This document shows, piece after piece, positions 28,201 to 41,384 of a stretch of DNA of 64,000 bases. Source of the DNA: Lama guanicoe. Its lineage: Eukaryota. Made by a program: the position numbers and the translations under genes. Below the pieces are notes generated by a model. It was not told where the DNA came from. It saw only the letters and a program-made list of their open reading frames with translations, and searched no databases. The stretch's first letter is position 1; each line of letters opens with the position of its first letter. The stretch lies in the NCBI GenBank assembly GCA_013239625.1, contig MU053810.1, positions 186,001 to 250,000 on the forward strand, given 5' to 3'.

Positions 28201-28799
28201 ACTCTGAGTGTCTTTTTTTTTTTTTTTCTTACTTTCCATTTGTATCACTGTGGAGGCTTTCCCTGAGCCTCCGCAATCAGATTCTCACCGGCCCCCAGAC
28301 AGGGTGACTCACCCAGGAGGGAGGTCTGACAATGTGGGAGGCTGGGCTGGGCTGTCACCTTGTCCAGAGAGCCATCCCACCCCCTCCTCCACCACAATTC
28401 AAACCCCAGAGAGTCAGGGCTCCTCTCCTGGCCACACGGCCAACTGGGATGTGCTAAGAGGCGGTACCTCCTCCCCACTCCTCTCCCACAGCCCAGTTTC
28501 ACACCTAAGGTCAGACGCCGTCTCAGCATTGTCTTGTGAACCCTCTGGGCTTCAGACCTCTAAGGTTCCCTCTGGCTTTCAAACCTCTTACGGACACACA
28601 GACCTGGATTTGGACCCCGGTTCAGTTCAAATCTGCAGGCACCCACGAGTGCAGCATCACCCCGCGGAACACTGCCATTAGACACTGCTGTCAGTCAGTC
28701 TCACCTCAGTCCCCAGAGCACCTCGGTCTCTGCTGCCTCCACCTCTTCCTGATCTTACCTGTTCTGTTCTGCCCTGTACACAGGAGACCGCCAGCGTTT

Positions 28800-28976
28800 G
28801 CTAAGTCGAGGGTCCAGGTACTCAGCTCTACACTGCACAGCCCGTGCGCTTCCGTTACTCCTTCCTTTTTACTCTCAAAACACGTGCGCGAGGCCAGGCA
28901 GGCGCTCGTCGATTTTACAGAGTGGAGACCTCCGCCCACAGGCCCTGTAACTTGCTGAAGGGGCCACAGCTGGTAG
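28800..28976 (-). mobile_element. MIR fragment, GC/CpG-enriched
   Basis: gattttacagagtggagac...taacttgctgaaggggccacagctggtag. Confidence 0.65.
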
Positions 28977-29507
28977 ATTTTTTTTTTAACCCCTAAAATT
29001 TGCTATTATTTTCACACTGTCTAGGGTTGCTGATGATCGTGTCAGAATTGCAAATAAGTGTCAAAATTAATCATCCTTGGGTTTCCAAATCCTCTCACCA
29101 CGCTCATAAATGGCAATAAGGGAAAAGCCATAGGTTAGCCGGGGAAGTCACGGAAAGGCCGTGGGTGGTGTAGCCCCTGGGTGGCTCGGGTGGGGCCGTG
29201 GGGAGGCGCCTGACCAGCTCCGATCTTCAAAGACATTTTTGACTGTAATATTCTGAACTAATTCCAGAACACAAATCGTCACTCCCCTTCTGCCTATGGG
29301 TATTTGGTCGGCTTACTGAATTAAGAGGGGGATGGAGAGGAATTCACTCTAAGAGCCACACAGAATCCTGGAGCCACGAACCAATGACTTCTCCCCAGGC
29401 AGGTAAACAGCCTTCCCCATAATCAGCACCTCGCCTGGACATCAGGACCCAACTCAGCTGAATTTTACACTTTTGAAGGAATGCGCATCCATACATAGTT
29501 GGATGTG

Positions 29508-29666
29508 TTTTTTTTTTCTCTGTGATTTATCATAACATTTTGTGTATATTTCCCTGTGCTATACAGTGTAATCGTGTTTATCTATTCTACAATTTCGAAA
29601 TCCCAGTCTATCCCTTCCCACCCTCTACCCGGCCCCCCCCCCCGGTAACCACAAGTCTGTATTCTC
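29508..29666 (-). mobile_element. Camelid-type L1 3' UTR fragment truncated at both ends, with TSD
   Basis: Homologous to about 34000-34147. TSD tggatgtg at 29500-29507 and 29667-29674. Confidence 0.88.
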
Positions 29667-31224
29667 TGGATGTGGAGTGGAGCTGACTATGTCATATGTT
29701 CCCCAAAATCAAATACTTGGAGGGGAGGGAGAGCAGTGAACGCCATGTAACAAATTCCCACAGGAATGAGAGAGGAAAGCTAATTTCGAAGCATGGAGTG
29801 TGGATTCCAGCTCAGCTTCTTACTGGGTGACCTGAGGACTTTGGGACATGTAACTGGGGTCATTTAAAATAAGCACCAGTACATCACACAAGATGTCCGT
29901 ATTCGATACCCAATAATATCCTAGATTAGTCGAATCAGATGTAGACTCACATGGAACCGAAATAAGAAGGCGTGAACAACCCATCTGCCTGCAGGGCTGT
30001 TCTGATTACACTGTGTTGGGAGTTGGTATCTGAAAAATGGCTGAGGAAATGGGTGCTACTAAGGAATACAGGGACACACGAGTTCTTTTCAATGATGGGC
30101 AGAGGAAAAGACTGCCAAGTCTTTTGCTGAAGTCACCTAAAGATTTTAGAGAAACCAGTAAGAGAAGTGTATCACAAGTTTAACACAAACTGCATTTATG
30201 CTACGGTGATGACGGTTTTCTTAAGTTGGCATGTAACTGGGTTCAGGAATCAAGCAGAAGAGAAGGGAAGTAAACATACAGAGTTTGTCCACCTTCCTAT
30301 GCTTTTCTGATGTCCAGATGGAGTTAACTTGCTTCCTCCTGTGTCTTCCTTCCCTTTCTACCACCACCACCTACCAAAATCCGTATCTTTCAACAATGGA
30401 GCAGGTAAACGCATCCACGCATCCCCGGGACTTTACGAACCAGCAGGCTCACCTGGGGGCGCAGGGTCAGCGTGCATGACAGGTGGCCGCGTGCACGTGA
30501 CCCCACAGGGGACTTCGGGTGGGTCGTGAAGACCGCAGCTGGAAGGACTGTGCTCTCGGTGTGCCGCCCCGAAACTGACGCGGTTGTACAAACCTGTTCT
30601 GACTACAGTGTGGGCCCCTGTGTTGCAGTGACTGTCACCTTATATTCCTAGTTAAAGATGAACATAGGATTATACTTGGGGTGAGAGGTGTGGGAAGATG
30701 AAAGCTGTTTACGGGGCACTTCCTATGCCCTAGACTATCTGCTAAGCAGACATAAATCCTTTGGAATCCTCACAAGAAACAGCGTGGAGGGTGTCTCTTT
30801 GGGGTTGATTTTCCAGCAGAGGAAGCGGGCTCAGAGAGGCTCCAGACATGGATTTGGGGGGCAGGTCTGTGAGAAGCCCTGTGCTTTCTGCTCCGCCACA
30901 CTTCTCAGGACACTTACCTGTGCCCGTCAGAGTCCATGAGCGGTTAGAGGCTGCAAAGTGCAATGCCGAATAAACAGTATCGACCTTTGTCCTCTATGTT
31001 CTGGAATTCCTGAATCTGGTCCAGCCACCTCTTCCCCATCTCTCTATTTTCTGGCCGCGCTACATCCCAAGTCCACTGTGTACGTAACACGCCAGCAGAC
31101 ACTTCTGTCTCCTCCAAGGGCTTTGCCACCTTCCTTGTGACTGATCTTCATTTGAACTTCTATCTTTCTTCCCCTTTTTAACAGATGCTTTAATTCTTAC
31201 TGGGAAGAGGATACAAGATACCAA

Positions 31225-32411
31225 ATTGTGCACACCAGAGGAAATCATCAACAAAACAAAAAGACAACCTCTGGACTGGGAGACAGTACTTGTAAATGTT
31301 GCTCCTGACAAGGGGTTAATATCCAAAATATATAGACAGCTCATACAACTTGATTTCAAAAAAACAAACAACCCTATCAAAAAATGAGCAGAAGACCTAA
31401 AAAGACATTTCTCCAAAGATGACATACAGATGGCCAACAGCCACATGAAAAGATGCTCAACACCGTTAATTATTAGAGAAATGCAAATCAAAACCACAAT
31501 GAAGTATCACCTCATACCCATCAGAATGACCATCATCAAAAAGGTCACTAATAATAAATGCTAGAGAGGGTGTGGGGAAAAGGGAACCCTCCTACACTGT
31601 TGGTGGGAATGTAAATTGGTGCAGCCACTATGGAAAACAGTATGGAGGTTCCTTAAAAAACTAAAAATAGAGCTACCATATGATCCAGCAATCCCACTCC
31701 TAGGTATATAGCCTGAAGAGATGTAAACTCAAATTTGAAAAGATACATGCATCCCAATGTTCACAGCAGCATAACTTGCAATAGCCAAGACATGGAAAGA
31801 ACCAAAGTGCCCATCAATAGACAATTTGTTTAAGAAGATGTGGTGTATGCATACAATGGAATATTACTCAGCCATAAAAAGAGTGAAATATTGCCATTTG
31901 CAGCAACATGGATGGACCTAGAGATGATCATACTAAGAGAAGTAAGTCAGACAGAGAGACAAGCATTATATGATATCACTTATATGTATAATCTAAAAAA
32001 ATAGTATTAATGAATCTATATACAAAACAGAAACAGACTTACAGACAGAAAACAAACTTACGGTCACAAAAGGGGAAAGGAAGCGAGAATAAATTAGGAG
32101 TATGGGATGAACAAATACAAACGACTATATGTAAAATAGATAAGGACTTACTGTATAGTCAGGGAACTATATTCAGTATCTTTTAATGGAAAATAATCTG
32201 AAAAAATATATAATTAGAATCACTTTGCTGGGGAGGAGATAGCTCAGTGGTAGAGTATGTGCCTAGCAGGCACGAGGTCCTGGGTTCAATCCCCAGTTCC
32301 TCCATTAAAATAAATAAATAAACAAAAATGTAATTACCTCCCCCCACAAAGAATCACTTTGCTATATACTAACACAATATTATAAATCAATTATATTTCA
32401 ATTAAAAAAAG
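31225..32411 (+). mobile_element. Cetartiodactyl-type L1, 3' ~1.1 kb
   Basis: ORF2 end (cacatgaaaagatgctcaaca, tgttggtgggaatgtaaattgg, atggaatattactcagccat), 3' UTR and poly-A. Confidence 0.92.
32230..32349 (+). mobile_element. tRNA-Ala-derived SINE (camelid Vic-1 type) nested in the L1
   Basis: A box tagctcagtggtagag, AGC anticodon arm gtgcctagcaggcac, B box ggttcaatccc, AT-rich tail. Perfect 14-bp TSD agaatcactttgct at 32216-32229 and 32350-32363. Confidence 0.92.
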
Positions 32412-32799
32412 AAGAAGCCAAACTGGATTTGTAAGGGAGAATTCATAATCAGAATTACACAGGTCTAATCCCACCCAAGCCAAAACAACTAAGCAAACAA
32501 ATAAAAAAAACCCCACCAAAATACTCTCTTAAGATAATTAAAACAAAACACATTATTATAACCCTGCTTTTTGATACACTAAAGTTTCGGTGAAACCTTA
32601 ATTAGCCAGACCTCCCCTAACTGGTACTCTGAATAACTAGAATTTGTTTTCTTCTGAATTCAATTTTTAAGAGAAAGAAGCAATTGATTCTCCAAGCACT
32701 TCAGGTGCTTACTAAACAAAACAAATACCAGGCTGAGCTCTGGAGTCAGAGTACGCCCCCGCCTCCTATGGAGAAGTCTTATTTGCCTGTCAAGTTTTA

Positions 32800-33068
32800 T
32801 TTTGAAGATTTTGTGATGGGTGATGTCTTCCCAAACTGCACAGTTGGTCCTTCCTCCTTTAACACCCCAGATAACTTTACACACCTTCCTCTGTATTCTA
32901 GCCCTTACCATCCTGGAATTGCTGTTGTGTGTGTATCTATACATCTGTTTTTGTCTCTGGACCAAGGGCCAAGCCATCGCCTGCCTTCGGGTTCCCAGAG
33001 TACAGCACATAGTAGATGCTCAAAAAAAAAAGTTTGTATTAAAAATAAATAGGGAAATGCATGAAAAC
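32800..33068 (+). mobile_element. L2 3' end
   Basis: ccagagtacagcacatagtagatgctcaa terminal motif. Confidence 0.65.
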
Positions 33069-33883
33069 TAGATCTTGCCCGCCTTCTATATCCGTGTCTA
33101 CGTTCCTACACCATGGTTCTTCATTTCAGAACGATGATGAGGTACCTTCCTAAATTGATAAAGATTAAATGACTTCAGTGCAACGAAGTGCTAGATAAGG
33201 ATGCTGAAGCATTTCAATGCATCTCATAAAGATGTTCAACTACTGATGGAATCATGAAATCAGGAGTTGCTAGTTAACACTACTTTAAGTTACTCTGACT
33301 TTAATTAATAAAAGCATTTCCATCCTGGAGGCATTCCAGCTAGGGAATGTCAGATATTGCTTTTCCTAGAGCAGCACAAACCATACATCATGTTTGGATG
33401 ACACTGACAGAAGTATATCTCAGCTCCTGGCAAGAGAAATGAACAACTAAGTCCTTGTGACACTCAATGACCTTCCTTCCTGGTTTCATTTCTCTTGAAT
33501 AGAGGTAGCTGCCCCAGTGGACATGGCCAGCCACAGTCACAACCAAAGACCAGACTGGTCTCCCTAAACCAGCATATGTTATAAGCACACATGCTCATGG
33601 AAGTGAAACAAAAGTTGCATAAAACAATATTTTCTTATTCCTTCCTGTGTGTGGTAACTATCATTTCCTATTCTGTTCCATTTTCTTTTTTTAAAGCCAG
33701 TTGCAATCCACAAAATTGATTTCAAGATTGCATGGTGGGTCAAGACCTGAGTATGAAGAAAATCTAATCTGTATTCAAAAAAACCAACTAAACAGGACAT
33801 AGGTCGGCTGCCCTAACTTATCCCTGATCCCTGCGGATCAGGAATGATGGTATAGAGACCTCAAACCAGTGCCTCTAAATTTT

Positions 33884-34207
33884 TTTTTCTTTTTAACATT
33901 TTTTATTGATTTATAATCATTTTACAATGTTGTGTCAAATTCCAGTGTTCAGCACAATTTTTCAGTCATTCATGGATATATACACACTCATTGTCACATT
34001 TTTTTGTCTGTGAGTTATCATAACATTTTGTGTATATTTCCCTGTGCTATACAGTGTAATCTTGTTTATCTATTCTACAATTTTGAAATCCCAGTCTATC
34101 ACTTCCCACCCTCCTCCCCCCTGGTAACCCCAAGTCTGTATTCTCTGTGAGTCTGTTTCTGTCCTGTATTTACGCTTTGTTTTCGTTTGTTTGTTTGTTT
34201 TTGTTTT
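33884..34207 (-). mobile_element. Young camelid-type L1 3' end with TSD
   Basis: Reverse complement of the family at 979-1555 and 13120. TSD agtgcctcta(a/t)atttt at 33868-33883 and 34208-34223. Confidence 0.92.
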
Positions 34208-35053
34208 AGTGCCTCTATATTTTGATTCTAACAACTTTTACTGGGTCTTAGCTCATGCTTCTAGAACCAATGTTACTACCAACATCACCACTGCAAGGGA
34301 ATAATTTACTAGAACAAGAGAAATAAATGATACCTAACTCATAAATACACACTTAAAAGTAGGTTTTCCCTGGGAGATGTGTAAAATGAATGCCATCAAA
34401 CATTTAAAGGAATTACTCAAATAATGCTTAACCCTCTGATGATCACCACATCCTATCCCATTCCCCTCCCCACAAGGTTTTACAGAATCCTTTGTATTCC
34501 CAATTGTCATCTGATAAATTGTCAGTCATCTAGAGTACGTACTTCACTTGAGTTTCCACTTGAGTTACCACTCTTGACGACTCATTCATGGGGAAATATC
34601 TCTTCTTTCTGAGTGTTAACATCTTAGATACAGAATAAAAGAGACTCTTGGAAGCGTGCCATCTTCTGGGATGACTGGCTAGGCAGACAGAGGTCTCAAC
34701 TCAAAACCTGAAGGGCAGGTTACCTCCAAGCACCTACAGTTTTGTTTGTTCCTAGCCATTTCACTCAGAATTTCCTACAAAACTAAGATAATACTATAAT
34801 CGGTAGAATTAGCTCATTTATATTCTGGCAATGGTGGGGGACGGATGACTGTGATCAGCTACTTGGCTGTGGGTGGGATACTGGTAACAGCAAGGAGCAG
34901 GACATAAATCATGTTCCATTTTGAAACTTTGCTCTAATGAGGCTGCTTCTTAAAATTATGTTAAAAGGTTGAAAAAGAGGATGAATATAACACTGCTGTG
35001 GACACATCTGCAGTAAGAGTTCAACCACTAACCGGAGGGGGAGTTGAATCCCT

Positions 35054-35057
<4 letters not shown>

Positions 35058-35109
<52 letters not shown>

Positions 35110-35111
35110 AC
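35058..35111. repeat. Compound (TC)n(AC)n microsatellite
   Basis: Directly visible. Confidence 0.97.
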
Positions 35112-36760
35112 TTCAAAAAAGCTAGGAAATAATTTAGGGAACAATATTGGTCGATTTTTGGCTCAGCAGGAAGGGTGAATCGAGTATCAAACCTTGGGTG
35201 ATTCATCTGTGGAATTTATACCTTTGAATAAATATGAGAGTTTTCTTGTTGACAGTATTTCACTTTTTTATTGAACTCAAAGTCATCTTAAAAAATATCT
35301 GAGCAATGTAGGAAAGACTGCCCTTTCACAAAGCAGCTAAACGTGTGCCACTGCCACGTGGGTGCTATGTCCTTATGGTGACTTGGGTCACCGGGAGACA
35401 AGACCACCACGGGACTTGATGCCCACCACCCGTGGGCCTGGTGGCTTCCACACAGGCTGTCCTGAGCCCCGCCAGCCGGACCCTCTGAGCCTTCTGCCAC
35501 CTGCAGCATGGGCAACAGTGACTCCAGCAAAGACAGAATCTTTGCCTACTTGGGAGTCTGAAGGACAGTCGCTGGGGAACCCCTGGCCACCAACCAGCCT
35601 CTCAACTGGATATCACAGGAATGAGAAAGAAGCTTCCATCATGTTAAGACCTGGGATTTATCTGCTTCAGCAGGAAAGATTTCTGGATTTCCTTCGTAGG
35701 AGCAGGTGAATATGACACCATGCATTTGGAGAAAAAGAAAGCAGGCTGAATTTATACCAGGCTCCTCCAGTGAATACTAGCAAACAACATGCAGGTCATG
35801 GAAAGATGGATAATTAAGAAACATTTTGAAGAGAAAAGTGCAGGGTGATTTATCCCAGAGATACCACTTTAAGAAACCACACTACCTTCAACAGAAGAGC
35901 AATCTAGCCCCCTGTCTCCTCATCAGTCCTTGCCCAGTGTTACTGGAAGAAGTCTGAATTCTGTGGAGGGCTGTACTTAAAAATACAGAAATGATGATGA
36001 TTAATTGCAATTAATTTATTGGTTAAAATCTTGTCATTTTTGCAGGTGTTTTGTTCTGTTTTGTTTGGCTTTTGCAAATCATTTTGATTATAATTCCAGG
36101 GAATAAACCACGGGAAATGAAAATTAATTGGACCCTAAAGAATAAGCTATAGGCAATTAAAAAGGAGAACTGTCACCTTTTAAACAGAACTGTATTTTTG
36201 ATTATACCCAATTGGGTGGGAGCAGGAATGAAACTGAACTCAATATAATTCACAGTGAAAAACAGCTACCTTAGGTACAATGTAAAGTACAGTCCAAAGC
36301 AGCTGTTGGAATAATACGAGGATTCACCCAGAATTTAGAGGAAATGATAGAATCAGATTTGGGTTAAATAGTCCTAAAATCTCTCAGAAAGATGCTCCCT
36401 TTGATATGTCCAGAACTGGAACTGGAACTAGAATGGAATTCTCTAGGAACCAGAAAATTATTCCTGTGACCTCCTGGCTGGCTCCTTCATTGGCAGATGT
36501 AAAACCACAGAGATTAAGAAGAGGAATGTGGGTTCGAGTTCAGCAGCATTGCTAAATTTTTTGAAACTGCAATGATGTGTCTTAAAATCAAGGACAAATG
36601 AGAGACCCTCGACACAGGAGTACCTCCTGAATCTCCACGGATATTACTGAGCCTCTGGCTTTGGTCACTAGATTTTGGCTACTCTTTAGGGGGAAAGAAT
36701 TTTTGTGCTTTACACGTTCGTAGAGAAAGGTATTTAGTAAAGCAAATTAAAATACAAGAA

Positions 36761-37310
36761 CAGTCAGCCTTCATTATTCATGGAGTTCCAAATCGTGAAT
36801 TTGCCTACTTGCTAATGTGTCTTTGGAACCCCAAATCAATGCTTGGCAGCACTTGTGTGGTCCTTTGGGGACGTGTACAGAAGGGAGAAAATTTAAGTCC
36901 CAACTTGTACGTTCTCAGCTGAGGTAGAACAGGGCGAGGATGCTCTCTGCCTTCTTGATTCAGCTTTCAGACTGTAAAAAGTATCCTTTTTGCTGCCATG
37001 GTTTTCACATTTGTGTGTTTTTTTGTTGCTGATTTTGCTGTTTAAAACCAAGCAGAGTGTTTCTGAGCTGGAGAAGGCTGGCATGTGTCTGATGAAGAAA
37101 ATACACGTTAGGTACACTTTGTCCAGGCATGAATTACAGTGCTGTTGGCTGTGAGTTCAATGTTAATGAACCAACTAGACATTTTAAACAAGGTGATGTA
37201 CTAAATAGGCTGATGAAAATGTGATCAGACGCTGGCAGGCATCTCAGCCTGTTTTCCCCTAGGACAACAGCTCAAATTTGCTGATTCAGTGGCTGTAGAA
37301 ACTTTGACTC
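36761..37310 (+). mobile_element. MER82 (TcMar-Tigger)
   Basis: gaatttgcctacttgctaa...ccccaaatcaat...cagctgaggtagaacagggcga...tgctgttggctgtgagttcaatgttaatgaa. Confidence 0.85.
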
Positions 37311-37507
37311 TCGGAATTCCAATGGATACATTTCAGGAGCATGCTAAACTTCTTCACAAACATGTTTTGGCAATTGAGGCAGACTTGAAAACTGTATCAA
37401 CCCTGACAATGGAGTACTAAATACAAAGTTACCACCAGGAGAAAATGAATGTCACCACTTCAGTAAAGAGCAGCCATCCCAAGGCCATACACGCTTTCCT
37501 GTCAAAC

Positions 37508-37992
37508 TGAGACAGCCTGGGACCTGGGACCTGGGGCCTGGGACCTGGGACCTGGGACCCTGGGCTGCAATGCTTGCACCAGGACAAAGGTCTCCTCCAG
37601 CAACAAAATACAAAGAAACTATAAGGGACTAAAATTAACTGCGTGTGTGGACAGTTAGATACAAAAAGATCAAAACCCTAACTGCTACTTCTGAGGTGTC
37701 AGGAGCAAAAACACCATACCGTGCATGACCCCTGCACACAGTACCGCCAAGGGGGTGGGCAGAGCACCTAAGCCACCCCTCCAGCCTGACCCCTGGACCC
37801 ACGTCTACCCTCACCCCATTTAAGTGACTAGCTCACCCCCTCCCACCTCAGGGAGCGAGCAAGGGAACCTGTTACTTGTTTCTGCTCCCGGTGCTGCTGC
37901 ATGATTTCCAGTAAAGCCTTGCCTGAATATCTCATCTGACCTCTTTATCAATTTCTATTGACTAAAGAGTCCAAGAGCCCTGGTTGGTAACA
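37508..37992 (+). mobile_element. Solo ERV1-type LTR
   Basis: TG...CA termini, 4-bp TSD aaac (37504-37507 and 37993-37996), TATA-like catttaag and variant polyA signal agtaaa. Confidence 0.85.
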
Positions 37993-39539
37993 AAACCAAC
38001 AACACTTGCCAAATAAACTGAATGGACTTTGTCAGATTTAGTGGTTTTGAAACGACCAGAGCCTTTTCCGGAGCACTGTCTGCAAAGCTACTGACCTTTC
38101 ACACCACCTGGTTGCTGAAATGAACACAGCCCGCTGCCGCTGCCCCAGACCCTGAGAGATGCCTGGCCGAAACCCAGATCAGAGCCACAGGCTCAGTACC
38201 GTTGGTGTAAATGCAGGAAGTATGCCTGCATGGAGGATCTTTCCCTTGCTCTTGATTTTTAAAACCATCCTGGCAGTCTCAAAAACCTTAACAATACTGC
38301 TGAAATTAAACCCTGATTCCTATTCTTAATCTTTGTTGCTTTTTATGTAGCAAAGACTAGCACACCAGGAGGTTAAAAGTAGAGAATCATTTCCTGGTCC
38401 CTAGACAATCCTGAACTGTTCTGGTTTTAGGACGTACAAAAGGTAAAAACATTTTGAGAAATTTTAGGACTATTTAACCCAAGTCTAATTCTGTCATTTC
38501 CTCTAAACTCTGGGTGAATCCCTGTATTATTCCTACCCCTTGCCTTGGGACTGCACCATTTACCCTAAGGTAGCCTGTTTTTCACTATAAACAGTATTGA
38601 ATTTAGCATTATTTTTTCCCTAAATTCAGTGAAAAGTAACCTTAGTGTAACAACAAACAAACTGCTTATCTGGGAACTGATCCACTCTGAAAAATCCACA
38701 CAGATAAATATCCTGGAATATTAACCAACACTGCCAAGATGGAGCCATTTCTAACCCCAAACTGTGTGTATTTACATAAAACTGACAGAACTTTATGAGC
38801 TGTTTCCTTCGAAGTCCCATTTTCCCAGGAAAGCAAGAATTTGAAATTTATTACTAGAACTACTTGTTCTACTGAGTCGAAAGTTCTTATGTTTCCAAAT
38901 ATAATGAAGAACATCAAGAATTACAAGTAGAATTTAGTCAGTAAGTGACAGCTTGTAGAGAATGACATTTTCATCTATTAAGACAATTACTGTTGAACAT
39001 GAATATGAATATATAACTTCAGTAGATGGGTATTTCTTCAGGCATTCAGACTCCTGAGATCATTGTAAAGCAGCAATTTTCATGCTTTTCACCCCAGGAC
39101 ACTTATTGAAAAGAAAATCTGGGAAATATTCAAGCTCCATGTTTCTTTCATTGGCCAAAAATACGGCAGGATTTCCAAAGAGATGAAACATTCCTTTATT
39201 TTTTAATTGACTACATTGTTGCATGGATTGTATCAGAGAACAGTACATTTAGAGGTGGGCAGGACTCCAGCACCTCAATCAGGGGTAATCAAAATGTGGT
39301 CATAACTGCCAAGAAAAGCATCCGTCAGGGGGTCTGTACGCCCTTGTGCGTGTTTAGACAACTACAAGGCACTCCACAGTAACCAAAGCATGTGCCCTGT
39401 TATCTGATGTGAAATATCACCTTTTGCTTAAAAGAATTAAACTAGCAATGCTGTTGTCATAATGCAGTGGCCACAGGACCATGGAGGGGAAGGGGGGAGC
39501 AGGGATGAAGCTAAAGGTAAGGCCCTGAGGATGGGGGTT

Positions 39540-40005
39540 GGGGTGGTCAGAACAGTGGCTCCCCAAACTTGTCCATGTCCTCACTCCCACAACCTGAGAG
39601 TCTGTCAGGAGATGTGCCAAAAGGGACTTTGCAGATGTGGTTAAATCAAGGATCTGGAGGTGGGGCGTTGAGCCTGGAATATGCAGATGGGCTCAACTTA
39701 ATCACAAGGGTCCTGAAAAGAGCCAGAGAAGGAATTAACATGGAAGAGAGGGGAGGATGTTACACTGGTGGAGGAAGGGGCTGGGAACCAAGAGGGGTTG
39801 GTGGTCTCCAGAAGCTGGAAAAGGCAACAAATCAGATTCTCCGCTGGCCCCTCCAGGAGGAACGCAGCCCTGCTGATGCTTTGGTTTTAGCCTAGTGACC
39901 CTCATTTAGGACATCTCATCTCTAGAACTGTAAGATAATACATGTGTCGTTTTCAGTCACCAGTTTTGTGGTGATTTGTTTTAGCAGCAACAAGGAACGA
40001 ATACA
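39540..40005 (+). mobile_element. MLT1D-like MaLR LTR
   Basis: aaaagggactttgcagatgtg...agaagctggaaaaggcaa...agaactgtaagataata...gcagcaacaaggaacgaataca. Confidence 0.88.
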
Positions 40006-40199
40006 GAAGCCAACATCTAAATGTCAGTGTCTAAGAGAGTGAGATGGGGCAGGATCCAGGAAGTCAGTACTCAGGGGGCCGGGTCTGGGTGGGTAGGTCA
40101 GGGAACCCACCCAACTGGAAATCGAATCTTAGCTCGTGACTGGGGCAGGGTTTGGGCCGAGTCTCTCGGATGGGAGCTTTGGCAAAGGCCAGGCAAGTT

Positions 40200-40582
40200 C
40201 AGGCCAGGACCCTAGTCCCAACCCTGCAGTGATGGAAACCACAGCCGTTGCTCTGTCCCAGCGCCTGGCATTCAAGAGGGTGACTAAGGGACAAGCAGGC
40301 AATGAGCTCCTGCCCTGCCTTCTGCTGGAACTTTGGGGAAAAGGAGAGTTCTTCCACCGCGTAAAGAGATGAGTCTAGCACTGTCAGCTGGAAGAACTGC
40401 CTAAGAAAATAAAGAACCCAAGAGGACACAGAACCAAAGGATGGAAACAGATTTGGACTGAAATCCAATTGTGTCAAAAGCGAGTTTTACCCCTGTTGAC
40501 TTTTAATTTTGAAGCAATACTTTGTGCTTAATCCAGTGTGAATTGGGTAGCTAATACTTGTAACTGAATGAGTCCTGTAATA
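40200..40582 (+). mobile_element. Old MLT1J-L LTR fragment
   Basis: gcttaatccagtgtgaattggg...acttgtaactgaatgagtcctg terminus. Confidence 0.55.
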
Positions 40583-40842
40583 TCCAGTCATTACAAACCT
40601 TATTTTTTCAAATAGAAAACATTAACTCCTTGGCATTTTAATGAGGGCAACTAAATTTAGGGGGACTAGGGGGTACAGAGAGGAGAATAAATCTGGAATA
40701 CACTAGCAGGTCTTTCGTTCAGCCAGCTCAACACTTGAAAAACTCTCTTAAAATTTTAAAGCATTAAATAACACATAGTAATTGTATAAAACTATAGATA
40801 AATATACATACATATAAATATAAAAAAAAATCACCCATTATT

Positions 40843-41192
40843 ACAGGGGTCGTGGAGGGAATGGGCGAGGCAGAGCAAGCAGGTTTAGGATTGGCTAGTC
40901 TGAATAATTTCAGTGATGAATCATTTTAGTTTGCTAATTTCTAGGCTGTATGGACTGTCTAAAATTATCTGCCCTGGGGGATCAGGGGTGAGAGGAGTAA
41001 TGTTCCTGAGAGTAAGATCCCCATGGGGGAGGAGGCAGTTAGGGGGTGGGCTCTGGATGGGCTGGTCTGAATACAGATGGCGTGACTACGGGTGATCCTG
41101 TATGATCTCTAGGAACTGGCAAATGCTGGGAGGGGCCATCTCTCCAGCAAGGGCCCAAGATGTCAAAACTTCAGAAATACACAGTTGATACA
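40843..41192 (-). mobile_element. MER74 ERVL LTR, 5' part
   Basis: aggtttaggattggctagtctgaataatttcag...ctctaggaactggc...ggcccaagatgtcaaa. Confidence 0.8.
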
Positions 41193-41384
41193 CTGTCATG
41201 TCACCCCATACCACTTAACCAATGTGCTATTTTCTCGCTAATGCATTTATGTTGTGTTTATTGTGTTACCCCACGAGAATGTAAGCTCCACGGGGCAGGA
41301 TGACAGCCATGCTCACTGCTAATTCCCAGCCCCTAACACGGCAGGTGATGCTCAGTCCCTGTGCACTGAGACAATGAATGCATT

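Noticed and set aside
32230..32305. tRNA-Ala gene
   Set aside because: It has a SINE tail and a 14-bp TSD and sits inside an L1, so it is a SINE head.
37310..38340. Older ERV internal remnant flanking the solo LTR
   Set aside because: Only a vague resemblance; I could not assign a family or any retroviral peptide.
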